56,733 nt of DNA, from the IMG/VR virus record IMGVR_UViG_3300025087_000080, positions 1 to 56,733 of that record; one strand, 5' to 3'. A program made the position numbers and the translations under genes. How positions within the stretch are numbered: the first letter of the stretch is position 1; every line of letters begins with the position of its first letter. Shown one piece after another: positions 36,779 to 45,267 of the stretch. A model generated the notes under the pieces. The model was not told where the DNA came from. It did no database searches and was given only the letters and a program-made list of their open reading frames with translations. The stretch comes from a virus. Its lineage: Duplodnaviria; Caudoviricetes.

Positions 36779-37084
36779 TTAAATGATGTATATTTCCAGG
36801 TCGAAGGCATCCCTTTGAATTATCCACGCAAATTCTTCATTAGAATTTGCTACTTGCTTTGCAAATTCTAATGCTCGGAAGTAGAGCAGCGTCCTAATCG
36901 CGGATAAAGCATTTTCACTCTGGAGAAGATCATAATTCAGGCGTCTCTGTTCCAGTAACCATTTCCAGATGACGTCTTGCATAGCCAATTCCCAAATCCT
37001 TGATTCAAACTGAACTACCTGTGACTCTTTGGCGGAATCTATTCCTACCAAGTTGATGAATACATCTATTTGCCCGCACCACAT
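36779..37084 (-). CDS. Early hypothetical protein
   Basis: AAGGAG SD, start MWCGQ. Confidence 0.55.
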   Translation of the reverse strand: MWCGQIDVFINLVGIDSAKESQVVQFESRIWELAMQDVIWKWLLEQRRLNYDLLQSENALSAIRTLLYFRALEFAKQVANSNEEFAWIIQRDAFDLEIYII

Positions 37085-37113
37085 TTTCCAATCTCCTTTT
37101 TTTCGTTTTCCTC

Positions 37114-37130
37114 GCCGGCATCCGCCGGCT
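37114..37130 (-). repeat. Start-associated hairpin repeat, copy 1
   Basis: AGCCGGCGGATGCCGGC (one change in the loop), at the predicted transcript 5' end. Confidence 0.9.
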
Positions 37131-37139
37131 TGTTGATCC

Positions 37140-37170
37140 AAGATACTCATTAGCATATTGCCTGTCAATA
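37140..37170 (-). promoter_or_regulatory. Early sigma70 promoter with overlapping TATTG-N5-CAATA box
   Basis: TTGACA-17nt-TATCTT. Confidence 0.8.
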
Positions 37171-37172
37171 GC

Positions 37173-37454
37173 CTATCTCTCCTCGAGACTCTCCTCGGCC
37201 TGCGCACCGCCGTCCGCTCCCCGCAGCCTGGTATACCCAGCGATTAGCTGCTGAATAATCGGATCCGCCGCCGCAGGCTCGGAGAAGAGACTCTCCTGGT
37301 GAGCGTTATCCACAGGCAAGAGCCGATAGTACGGATTAAACGCCTCCGCGAGAGCCGCCGCCGTCCGCCTGCTGGGAGACAACTCGTACTCCCGCCGGGC
37401 GAGCCTGAAAGCCTCAATAATAGCCTCCTCAGAGGTTAGGTTCTTAAAGTTCAT
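37173..37454 (-). CDS. Early hypothetical protein containing QESLF
   Basis: Start overlaps the upstream stop. Confidence 0.55.
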   Translation of the reverse strand: MNFKNLTSEEAIIEAFRLARREYELSPSRRTAAALAEAFNPYYRLLPVDNAHQESLFSEPAAADPIIQQLIAGYTRLRGADGGAQAEESLEER

Positions 37455-38032
37455 CAGAAAGGTACCTCGTTGAGGGGAACCTTGCTCTTCTGCTTCACCT
37501 TATAGCAACGTCCAGTCTCGTAAGTCTCCGTCTCTATACTGTTAGAGACTGGTATTTTCGTTCCGAGGGACTCGAGAGCGTCCAGGAGATCACTTTCGAA
37601 CGGGTTGCGTATCAACCCCGCCTCAAAAGCGGCTTGCGCTACAAGGTCAAAAGCTACAGCGTTAGAGTTAGTCCTGGAGGTACGAAACCGCGGCGGGATT
37701 CGTTTATACTCATCAGCAATTCCCCCCCCGCTACGGATCAGTATAGGAGCAACTTTGCCACCATACTCTCGCCTTAACCAGGACTCGAGCTCGCTAACAG
37801 TATCGGAGCGAGAAACGGTGTTCTCGCGCACTAAAAAAGCAGGGAGAGAAGAGTTCCTGTCTTCCTGCTTTAACCAATAAGCCCTATATTTAGGGCTATA
37901 GACAAAGCCGCTATCTATAGCAACTTGCTTATCAAAGCCACCTCGTAACCACAGGAGATTGCCGACTCTGTGAACTATATACCTACAGTTCACCCGCCGC
38001 GCTGTAGACCTACTCCAAGGCTTGTCTTTCAT
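37454..38032 (-). CDS. Early hypothetical protein
   Basis: 192 aa ORF with an upstream purine-rich SD; ends NEVPF. Confidence 0.6.
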   Translation of the reverse strand: MKDKPWSRSTARRVNCRYIVHRVGNLLWLRGGFDKQVAIDSGFVYSPKYRAYWLKQEDRNSSLPAFLVRENTVSRSDTVSELESWLRREYGGKVAPILIRSGGGIADEYKRIPPRFRTSRTNSNAVAFDLVAQAAFEAGLIRNPFESDLLDALESLGTKIPVSNSIETETYETGRCYKVKQKSKVPLNEVPF

Positions 38033-38119
38033 CTCTCTATTCCTATTTTAGTTTCCTGTAAGCATCCCTTGTGAGAGGGATGCTTTCGGCCCGGTACCGC
38101 CGAGCACTCATCAGACAGG

Positions 38120-38311
38120 CTAACGCTTATCCTTAGGGATTGGGACAAATACGTTTATCCCAAGCGAGGCCTCGCTCCCAGGGATAGGGATAATCCCCTC
38201 GCTGGAGGCTACAATAACGCTCTTACCTGTACTACTTGCGCCGTACTTCTTACTCAAGTCAATCGTTATGACTAACGTTGAGCCGTTGACTTCGAGGGTT
38301 ACGTTCTTCAT
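38120..38311 (-). CDS. Small conserved beta-rich protein
   Basis: 'MKNV...L.I.IDLSK..G.S.TGKS..VASSEG......LG.NVF' pattern recalled from a widespread uncharacterised family. Confidence 0.7.
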   Translation of the reverse strand: MKNVTLEVNGSTLVITIDLSKKYGASSTGKSVIVASSEGIIPIPGSEASLGINVFVPIPKDKR

Positions 38312-38316
38312 CTCCT

Positions 38317-38553
38317 TTAGTTCCAGGACTGAGTCTCTGGAGTGTAACTACTAAAGCTGTTGTCAAAACTGTTCTCAAACACAGCGGGTTTATCCACGTC
38401 AATCGGGGTAACAGTATACTCAGAGATCCTTAGGATCCCCGAATATCCCAATTTTCTCTCGGAGATCCTGCAATTCTCGAGCGGAATAGGATATGAGTAT
38501 CTCACTCCACTCCACTCAGAATAAAAACCAGTGACTATAATGCTGTTCTTCAT
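38317..38553 (-). CDS. Early hypothetical protein
   Basis: AAGGAG SD. Confidence 0.55.
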   Translation of the reverse strand: MKNSIIVTGFYSEWSGVRYSYPIPLENCRISERKLGYSGILRISEYTVTPIDVDKPAVFENSFDNSFSSYTPETQSWN

Positions 38554-38600
38554 CTCATTCTCCTTTAGGTTAGCAGGCTTCTTGAACCAAGATACTCATT

Positions 38601-38852
38601 CTATATGCTATTCGTTTTGACTAACCACTCCAGCCACCTTGCCTCGGCGGCCTCAATAGACGAAAATATCCAGCCAAATCTGAAGTTGTGATCAGTCTCA
38701 ACCTTGTTGAGTATCAACCCCTGCCATCTGATTTCAGGCACCTGTCCTGCCTTTACTACTATCCCACTCACTATATCCCCGCTCGTCCTGCTCGTGCGCC
38801 AGACAGTGTAGACAACTTGTCCATGTACCAGATCCTTCATTGTTGCTTCCAT
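38601..38852 (-). CDS. Early hypothetical protein
   Basis: GAGGAG SD downstream of the promoter at 38894..38924. Confidence 0.55.
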   Translation of the reverse strand: MEATMKDLVHGQVVYTVWRTSRTSGDIVSGIVVKAGQVPEIRWQGLILNKVETDHNFRFGWIFSSIEAAEARWLEWLVKTNSI

Positions 38853-38893
38853 TTCCTACTCCTCTTAGGTTGTTGTTGAACTACTGTTGAACC

Positions 38894-38924
38894 AAGATAC
38901 TCTCTGCTATATTGCGAGTCAATA
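38894..38924 (-). promoter_or_regulatory. Early sigma70 promoter with TATTG-N5-CAATA box
   Basis: TTGACT-17nt-TATCTT. Confidence 0.8.
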
Positions 38925-38952
38925 CCTACTCTGTCTCCTCGAGAGACCAGGA

Positions 38953-39297
38953 TTAGAGCTTGCGAGCAAGAAAGTCGTCTATGTCTTCAACTAATCCTGA
39001 TCTCACCATCTCCAAGAGTTCCTCTCGGAGATATTCGTGCGCAAACAAAAAATCCTCGAGGTCAATCACAGGGATCCAGTACTTGCAAGCGATCCCTAAT
39101 TTATCCATTAGACAATTAGCTGCGAGACGGTGGGTCCCATTAATTGCTACCCCCCCATCGTTGATAATCGGCGGGATTGACTCTCCGCGCAGTGCTGCGC
39201 GCACAAGGTGTCGCACGTATTGCCATGAGGCTATCTCATGCAATGCCTCTACCTCTGACCCATACTCAATCCCCATCACTGGTGTGTAATACTTCAT
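38953..39297 (-). CDS. ParB/sulfiredoxin-like domain protein
   Basis: 'IPPII......INGTHRLAA' resembles the ParB/Srx GxxR motif. Confidence 0.6.
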   Translation of the reverse strand: MKYYTPVMGIEYGSEVEALHEIASWQYVRHLVRAALRGESIPPIINDGGVAINGTHRLAANCLMDKLGIACKYWIPVIDLEDFLFAHEYLREELLEMVRSGLVEDIDDFLARKL

Positions 39298-39342
39298 TTT
39301 CCATCTCCTCGGTTGTTGGGTTAGCCTCTCTAACCCTGATGT

Positions 39343-39373
39343 AAGGTACTGCTCTGTGTATTGCGAGTCAATA
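39343..39373 (-). promoter_or_regulatory. First early sigma70 promoter with TATTG-N5-CAATA box
   Basis: TTGACT-17nt-TACCTT. Confidence 0.75.
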
Positions 39374-39379
39374 CCCTGT

Positions 39380-40000
39380 CTCTCATCGAGACTCTCATCG
39401 AGACTCTCCTCGAGAGACCAGCCCCACCAGCGTTACTAATTTAGACTCTGTCTTACCTTAGACTCTGTCTAAACTAAATCTATACTATTTAGTAAGGATT
39501 TATCAGCACGCCCCCTATATCTTGATATGTAGATGAAGATATCAAGATATCGGGCTATGGTCGCTGCGGCAAGGTGTGGCGATTTTGATACAGTGTGGCA
39601 ATTTTGATACAGTGTAGTGAAACGCTACTCTGACGCCACTTCCAGGGATTGTGTAAAGTAATTCCCGAATTGTTTTACACTCTCTTTATATGAGGTACGC
39701 GTGCGCGTGCGTGCGATTCATCATTGTTTTGTAGGAGCGATAACGTTCATTATATCTCGTTAGATCGCTATCCGTATCCAGCTAAATTATTGTAAATTAT
39801 ACACTTGCGCGGTCGTGCAGCAGGTACCACGCACCGAGTAGCATAATGCTACAATGTAGCAGAACGATACTCGTTTTGAGTAGCATAACACTACAATGTA
39901 GCGGAACGCTACTCGACCGGGGGTATGCCGGCGACCACCGCCGGTCACCTACGTGAGGTATATCAACCTTGATCTCTCCGGACATTCCTCATGTGGGGTT
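39380..40000. repeat. Non-coding repeat- and palindrome-dense region
   Basis: Three 12-mers CTCTC(A/C)TCGAGA; TTAGACTCTGTCT twice; 12-10-12 palindrome 39517..39550; 19-bp tandem 39574..39611; palindrome 39651..39680; GTAGC-N5-GCTAC-type boxes 39838..39912. Confidence 0.85.
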
Positions 40001-40471
40001 GTATTATATGGGTGGATGTTGTGGGGATTGGGTTTTTATTAGTAAGTCAGGGTTATGTGTGTGGGGCATTTTCAGTAAGTGGTTTTATTTTGAAAGTGAA
40101 CGGTGTTATTTTAGGATTATGTTTATTTTTCAACAGTTTAGGATAGTGCTCTTAATATAGGATTCACAACGATCACTTTGATCACTTTGGGTATGTATTA
40201 TACTGATAGTGAATGATGAGAGTTGAAAGTGAATGGTTATCTTACGGGAGGGAGTGTAGCTACGACAAGGGTTTGTTGGTTGATAGTGAACGAAGTGATC
40301 GTTGTGAATGGTATTAAGGAAAGTGTGAATTAACCGTTCACTTTGGCATTCACTTTGGATTTTCATTTTAGTTGACGCGCGGAGGCCGAGACCTGTAGGG
40401 CGCATGTAGTGTTCCGCGCCTGGAAGGTCTTGGCAAGAGAGTTGTTGACTTTTCTTTAGGGAGGGGGGGTA

Positions 40472-40500
40472 TTGACACAATGGGCATATTTGGGTATGGT
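40472..40500 (+). promoter_or_regulatory. Possible sigma70 promoter
   Basis: TTGACA-17nt-TATGGT; no convincing gene downstream. Confidence 0.35.
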
Positions 40501-40748
40501 AATGGGTGTGGGAAAATAAGATTGGGTGTTTATGTGGTGGGGGACGGAACTATCCGGAATTGCCGGTTAGTTGGATTGACGTAGTGATATTATTTTCCCC
40601 ATCTCACGCCTCGCCGGATTTTGTTATAGGCTCGGGTGAACAGAGGATCCCGGTAGCAATCACAAACCCCAGTACCAGCGCGCCTATAATTTCTTGTATG
40701 GTGATCATCATAGCGTTCTCCGTTTTAGGCGATACAAATTGTCGTCAC

Positions 40749-41294
40749 TTATTCGGAAGTGATGGTTGTTTGTGCCTTTATTTCAAACACGCGTGTTCGA
40801 TCTATTTCCAAGTCGTGCATTAGTTTCAATGCGTTTTGGCGGGCTTGTTGAATCGTGATTGGTTTTCGTGTTCCATTTATTGCAGGGTCGGGGTTGTTAT
40901 TTTTAAGCCAGGTCATTATTTTTTTAATGCTTAGTGGCGGGCAGTTTTCTTCTCGGAATACGTAGATTCCTGTGGAGCGATCAACTAGCAATACTGCGAG
41001 GGCTGGTTCGGTTGGAGAGAATTCGATTTCAACCTCTCGTGTGTCAGTTCCGAGTTCAAATTGTGCTCCGCCTTTATTGGTGGGGAAGACTTCAAGGTAT
41101 TTAAGGCGGGTGTAGAGCTTATATGGGATAGCGTTAAGGATTCTCAGCAATAGTTTATCACAGTGGCAGATTGTTTCTTTCGTCACACCTTTTGTTTGCT
41201 CTCCGTTCCATCCATCCTTCAGCTCTGCGAATTTACTCAATTCAGCACTGAGCGCATTGTAGTCGTCGAGGTTTTGCATTATCATATGGCTCAC
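40749..41294 (-). CDS. Hypothetical protein
   Basis: AAGGAG SD; 'LKDGWNG...P...GG.Q.E......EIE' pattern. Confidence 0.6.
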   Translation of the reverse strand: MSHMIMQNLDDYNALSAELSKFAELKDGWNGEQTKGVTKETICHCDKLLLRILNAIPYKLYTRLKYLEVFPTNKGGAQFELGTDTREVEIEFSPTEPALAVLLVDRSTGIYVFREENCPPLSIKKIMTWLKNNNPDPAINGTRKPITIQQARQNALKLMHDLEIDRTRVFEIKAQTTITSE

Positions 41295-41361
41295 AACTCC
41301 TTCACAAGATTGTGGTTTATTTATTAGCTACAAGGCTATTTGTGGATCACAGAAGGTGCTT

Positions 41362-41640
41362 TTATGATCCACAAGAATTAAGAGAAAGACGCTTCCGCAT
41401 CTCTACATCTTTCCTGTTTATGTGTTTAAGGTAGAGATAGCAGTACGAACTATTCCCTGCTTCTAATATGGCGTCCCTTAATGGTTTTAGCGAGCGTTTA
41501 TCCTTCTTTGACAGGGACTTATACCACATTTCTATCTGTTCCCAGCACCAATTAAATTGGATTTGGTTAGCGAACTCCGGGAGTGATAACTCTTCCAGAG
41601 CTTCTTTTAGCCATATTATACTTGCGACAAAAGGTCTCAT
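41362..41640 (-). CDS. Hypothetical protein
   Basis: 92 aa ORF on the coding strand. Confidence 0.45.
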   Translation of the reverse strand: MRPFVASIIWLKEALEELSLPEFANQIQFNWCWEQIEMWYKSLSKKDKRSLKPLRDAILEAGNSSYCYLYLKHINRKDVEMRKRLSLNSCGS

Positions 41641-41791
41641 TTTTTCTTACCGCTCATGATTGCGTGCAGGATTGCAAATCAAATGCAGAATTGCAATAGC
41701 ATAGAAAAGACAAACCCTCCCTAGTGGCTGACACGGTATCTCAAGGCTTTATGCCGAGTTCGTCGTTTCAGTGGTTCGGGAGGGCAAGAGT

Positions 41792-42025
41792 CTAATTGAC
41801 AGGGAAGAATGTTCCGTCAGTGTCTTTGATAATCCAAGTTCCCTTGTTCGCACAAACAACTGTTCCGTCTTTTGTCTGAACCTGGACATATTCTCCCGTT
41901 GGGTTATTGGGCGTCGGTTCGAGAACGGGGGATTGAATTATTTTACCACCTGACCATCGTCTTAATTCCCATCCGTTTGACCCTGTGTATTGGATAGCCT
42001 CAACAATCGGCATTATATTTTCCAT
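41792..42025 (-). CDS. Common small phage protein (VEAIQ...G.WIIK...G.F.P family), possibly truncated
   Basis: Recognisable motif, but it ends at FFPVN without the usual tail. Confidence 0.55.
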   Translation of the reverse strand: MENIMPIVEAIQYTGSNGWELRRWSGGKIIQSPVLEPTPNNPTGEYVQVQTKDGTVVCANKGTWIIKDTDGTFFPVN

Positions 42026-42035
42026 TTCTTGATCT

Positions 42036-42410
42036 AAAAATCCTCCGCTGGTTTCCAGATCTGCTCAACCCAGCGGAGGTTCATGCTATTAACGGGCACA
42101 TCAAATAAACCGCTGATTTGCCAGGCTGGCTCAACGACAAGCCTCTGTGGATTCGTGGGAGATAATTAAGCAGAGTTGGTGTCATTGTAGTAGACACGCT
42201 CGCCTCAGGACTTTTGTCTTACCTGCTCATTGCACGCAAAGTACGTAATATAGTTGCGTACTACAATGAGGTACTAACTCATGCCGTTAAGGCGGATGTT
42301 GGTGCCTATGGCTTATAGGCTCACCCTCCGGGTTGACTTCGGTATTTCTATTGGTCATGTCCCTGACCTCCTCTATGTTGCCTGAAAAATCCCCGGGAAG
42401 CCGGGGCAAG
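42036..42410 (-). ncRNA. Structured intergenic region with a 23-codon SD-led ORF
   Basis: Hairpin plus U-tract at both ends, GAGGAGG-led ORF 42287..42358 and alternative long pairings. Confidence 0.4.
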
Positions 42411-42419
42411 AAGAAAAGC

Positions 42420-42809
42420 TTATAGATAATGTATGGAACCAGCAGGTTCTTTGTCAAGGGTGGAAGTCTCCATTAGAGTCGTACCTTCGCGATTCTTGAA
42501 ATAGGGAACCTGAAAAGGGCGATCATCAGAGAATCCCTGTTTGTTTTCCAGCATTGCGATAGCTGCTGCTATTGCACCCCAATCTTCCAATATAACAAAG
42601 ACACAATCTTCAATATCAGGCGACCACCTCTCTAAAGGGGATGCCTCATTGAATACTATACTGAGGACTTCGTGTTCCTTCATTCCCGACCCATCTCCGA
42701 GGTTGTAATCAAGAAGGGCTCTGTATACGTAGTGAATCATAGTGGGATTAACTATTATTGGCTCAATAGTTGCTATCCCATTGTTAAAGATAATCCCTGA
42801 TAAAATCAC
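42420..42809 (-). CDS. Hypothetical protein
   Basis: GGAGGAG SD, GTG start. Confidence 0.55.
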   Translation of the reverse strand: MILSGIIFNNGIATIEPIIVNPTMIHYVYRALLDYNLGDGSGMKEHEVLSIVFNEASPLERWSPDIEDCVFVILEDWGAIAAAIAMLENKQGFSDDRPFQVPYFKNREGTTLMETSTLDKEPAGSIHYL

Positions 42810-42813
42810 GTTG

Positions 42814-43128
42814 TTACTCCTCCATATAGGACAGATCTGGCAGGGCTTGCGCTTTAAGCTCTTTCAGTTTTAGTTTCAACACTTCACGTGCCTCTTTTTC
42901 GTATCTCCTGTTGTGTCCGTGGAAAACGAATGTTGTGTGTTTATTGTTGGGAAGATCGTCCGCAAAGACGGTGATCTCAACAAACAGGCTTCTTATCGGT
43001 AGAAGGAATGAAGCATAGAGTTCTGGCTCGTATGGCGAAACAGGATCATGGCACTCGTCGTTAAATACCCCATCATAGGCAGCGACCAGAAAATCAACTG
43101 CTTTCTTGTGTGTCACCAATATCCGCAT
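42814..43128 (-). CDS. Hypothetical protein
   Basis: AGGAG SD before MRILVTH. Confidence 0.55.
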   Translation of the reverse strand: MRILVTHKKAVDFLVAAYDGVFNDECHDPVSPYEPELYASFLLPIRSLFVEITVFADDLPNNKHTTFVFHGHNRRYEKEAREVLKLKLKELKAQALPDLSYMEE

Positions 43129-43657
43129 TTTGCTTCTCCTGTTGTGCCGCCTTCTGACTTCTGTATTCTTCAATAAACGTATCAAGGGAAGAGCCGTGCC
43201 CTTTTATCCAGATGAGAATACGTAACAATAGGTTATACATCTCTGCTGTAAACCCGTGTGAAAGAGATGTCTGAATAATATAATTGTGAAACTTTGCTGT
43301 TCCCTGATCGCTAAGGTCAGGAATATAATTGCCACCAACCATGAAATACTTGAGTTCAACTACTTCTTCTTTATAGACGTCGAAAAAACACATTGCACTA
43401 CTAAGCATGATCTGAAGTACCTTCTCGTAGGTTCCGCCAATATCGCTTAGAATTACATCTGGCGGAAATGCTATGTCCGAAAATACAAGATCAATGTCAG
43501 AAAGGGAGCTGATAAATATGCCATCTATTTCAGGAGAACTATTCCTGAGTTCGGGAGTTATTTCCTGGAGACCCCACCACCAAGCCGCTATCCTGTCTTC
43601 CTTCCAGTTTTCAATTCCAGCAATGCGCAACACCTCAGTTATTTTTTCAATGTTCAT
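43094..43657 (-). CDS. Hypothetical protein
   Basis: AAGGTG SD; 187 aa. Confidence 0.6.
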   Translation of the reverse strand: MNIEKITEVLRIAGIENWKEDRIAAWWWGLQEITPELRNSSPEIDGIFISSLSDIDLVFSDIAFPPDVILSDIGGTYEKVLQIMLSSAMCFFDVYKEEVVELKYFMVGGNYIPDLSDQGTAKFHNYIIQTSLSHGFTAEMYNLLLRILIWIKGHGSSLDTFIEEYRSQKAAQQEKQNADIGDTQESS

Positions 43658-43926
43658 CTTTCACCTTTCTCTTCTATAGGAATGAATCCCCATGCAACGG
43701 CTTCCATTTATGCTCCTAGTTGACGGTATGTTGCAGGATTAGGGTTTTGATCTTGCTATTGGGAATAAAGGTGTTTTTCCACTCACTCTCGTCCTCCCCG
43801 GCAGTGACATACTGCTCCTCTTCGGTTGTCTCATCATCGGGGAAATACCAGGTATGGGGTGGGTTTTTGTTTGATAGTCCTAGCATAATCGCGGAATGTG
43901 AGGCAAATCTGCTTCGCTGATCATTT

Positions 43927-44433
43927 TTAATATGAGGAGTTTTCACCTTTTATCCTGTCTTTCTTCATAAGGGTAATACATGCAATGGCTATGTCCCTGA
44001 CAAAATCAGGATCGGGGCTTGGTAATTGTTGAAGATAATTATATCTCGCCCGTTCGACTCCATTGGCATACCCTTTATATGCTGGAGTCATGGCATATTT
44101 TTCGTAAGTATCAGGAATATCTGCAAGAAAGGATCGAAACGATTCCATCAAGACAATATACGCCTGTTCTACATTGACACATTGTTTTTTTTTAACAATC
44201 TCTTCACAAGATGGGTCATCATATTTTTCGTAAGAACCAGTATATTCATCATCGGAATGATTGCACTTGGGGCAAATACCATCCACGAAGGTCTTGCGTA
44301 ATCCGTGCAATCCAACGAGGTAATGGTATCGCTTCCCTGTTGCGTAGTTGGACGGCAGCTCTTCCCATGCCCTATCACATTTTGAGCAATAGAACGGTCT
44401 CCGTCGATCAGGCTCTTTTCTATTTCTACTCAA
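43927..44433 (-). CDS. Hypothetical protein with CxxC pairs
   Basis: CSKC and CPKC; overlaps the upstream gene. Confidence 0.55.
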   Translation of the reverse strand: MSRNRKEPDRRRPFYCSKCDRAWEELPSNYATGKRYHYLVGLHGLRKTFVDGICPKCNHSDDEYTGSYEKYDDPSCEEIVKKKQCVNVEQAYIVLMESFRSFLADIPDTYEKYAMTPAYKGYANGVERARYNYLQQLPSPDPDFVRDIAIACITLMKKDRIKGENSSY

Positions 44434-44821
44434 GTGCTACCCTTAAGGCATTCCAGAACTTATCAATCAGTTGCTCCTGTTTTTGTTTCCCAACAAACCA
44501 ATGCCATGTAGCGCAATCCTTTAACTCCTGGCAAAGAACATATTCTGTAGATTTGATAGATGGAGATTGCTCGTCTATTGTCTCAACCCTAAGATATTTA
44601 TCTCTCCTGCTATCTTGCATTGGGGTAGTTATGACTATTTGTCTGGCATCAATTCCGCACGTGAACTCGACCGTATCAATGTCATTTAATAGCATGTCTG
44701 TATATTCAGATACAGATAGAATATCATTTAATAAACTATCCATCCATTCCGCCCTGGCGGATGTTCTCAACGCTATTTTACCTGAATACTCCAGAAACAC
44801 TTCGTGTTGTTCAGTTGTCAT
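44426..44821 (-). CDS. Hypothetical protein
   Basis: ATGA coupling to the upstream gene. Confidence 0.55.
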   Translation of the reverse strand: MTTEQHEVFLEYSGKIALRTSARAEWMDSLLNDILSVSEYTDMLLNDIDTVEFTCGIDARQIVITTPMQDSRRDKYLRVETIDEQSPSIKSTEYVLCQELKDCATWHWFVGKQKQEQLIDKFWNALRVALE

Positions 44822-45243
44822 GTTAATTCTCTCGGTTTAGGTGCTGCAATAAAATTACGTTGAGCTGCGCTCCAGAATAGAGGTTCTTTACCGATTGATA
44901 GGAGATGGTTATAGATTTTTCTATACCCAGAAGTAGAAATGGGAATGTGATTATTAAGAATTGACTCTGGGGGTACGTTTTCCATTACTTTATTCCTTAC
45001 TAAATAATCCTCTCTCCCTATTACATAATCGCATTCAAGCACATACCTGTTGTGCCCTGAGTTAATCATCCCAATTATACCAATATATTGACTATCGAAG
45101 CTATTACATATAGGTTCGATATAATAGAGAACCCCTAGTGGGATAGGTTTAGCCTTTCCGCTTGCCTCGCACTCAAGGGCATCTTCCATATTATCAAAGT
45201 CCCGGTGGCAAATGCCGCATCTATAATACGTGACTTGGTTCAT
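44818..45243 (-). CDS. Hypothetical protein with N-terminal zinc-finger-like motif
   Basis: YRCGIC...F....A..CE; AAGGAGG SD. Confidence 0.6.
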   Translation of the reverse strand: MNQVTYYRCGICHRDFDNMEDALECEASGKAKPIPLGVLYYIEPICNSFDSQYIGIIGMINSGHNRYVLECDYVIGREDYLVRNKVMENVPPESILNNHIPISTSGYRKIYNHLLSIGKEPLFWSAAQRNFIAAPKPRELT

Positions 45244-45267
45244 GCTACAATTCCTCCTTTTTCCAGG

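Noticed and set aside
35970-37130. Regularly recurring 17-bp repeats as a CRISPR array
   Set aside because: The spacers are 300-450 bp protein-coding genes, the repeats are too short, and there are no cas genes.
39838-39912. Tandem GTAGC...CTAC units as a mini-CRISPR
   Set aside because: Units abut with 3-9 bp gaps and have no unique spacers.
39797-40823. ORFs in the 39.8-40.8 kb region
   Set aside because: No SD sites; translations reflect repeats and strand skew, so the region is treated as non-coding.
42120-42410. IS200/IS605-associated omega/HEARO RNA
   Set aside because: Only a vague GTCAAC-hairpin resemblance; no IscB, TnpB or TnpA gene nearby.
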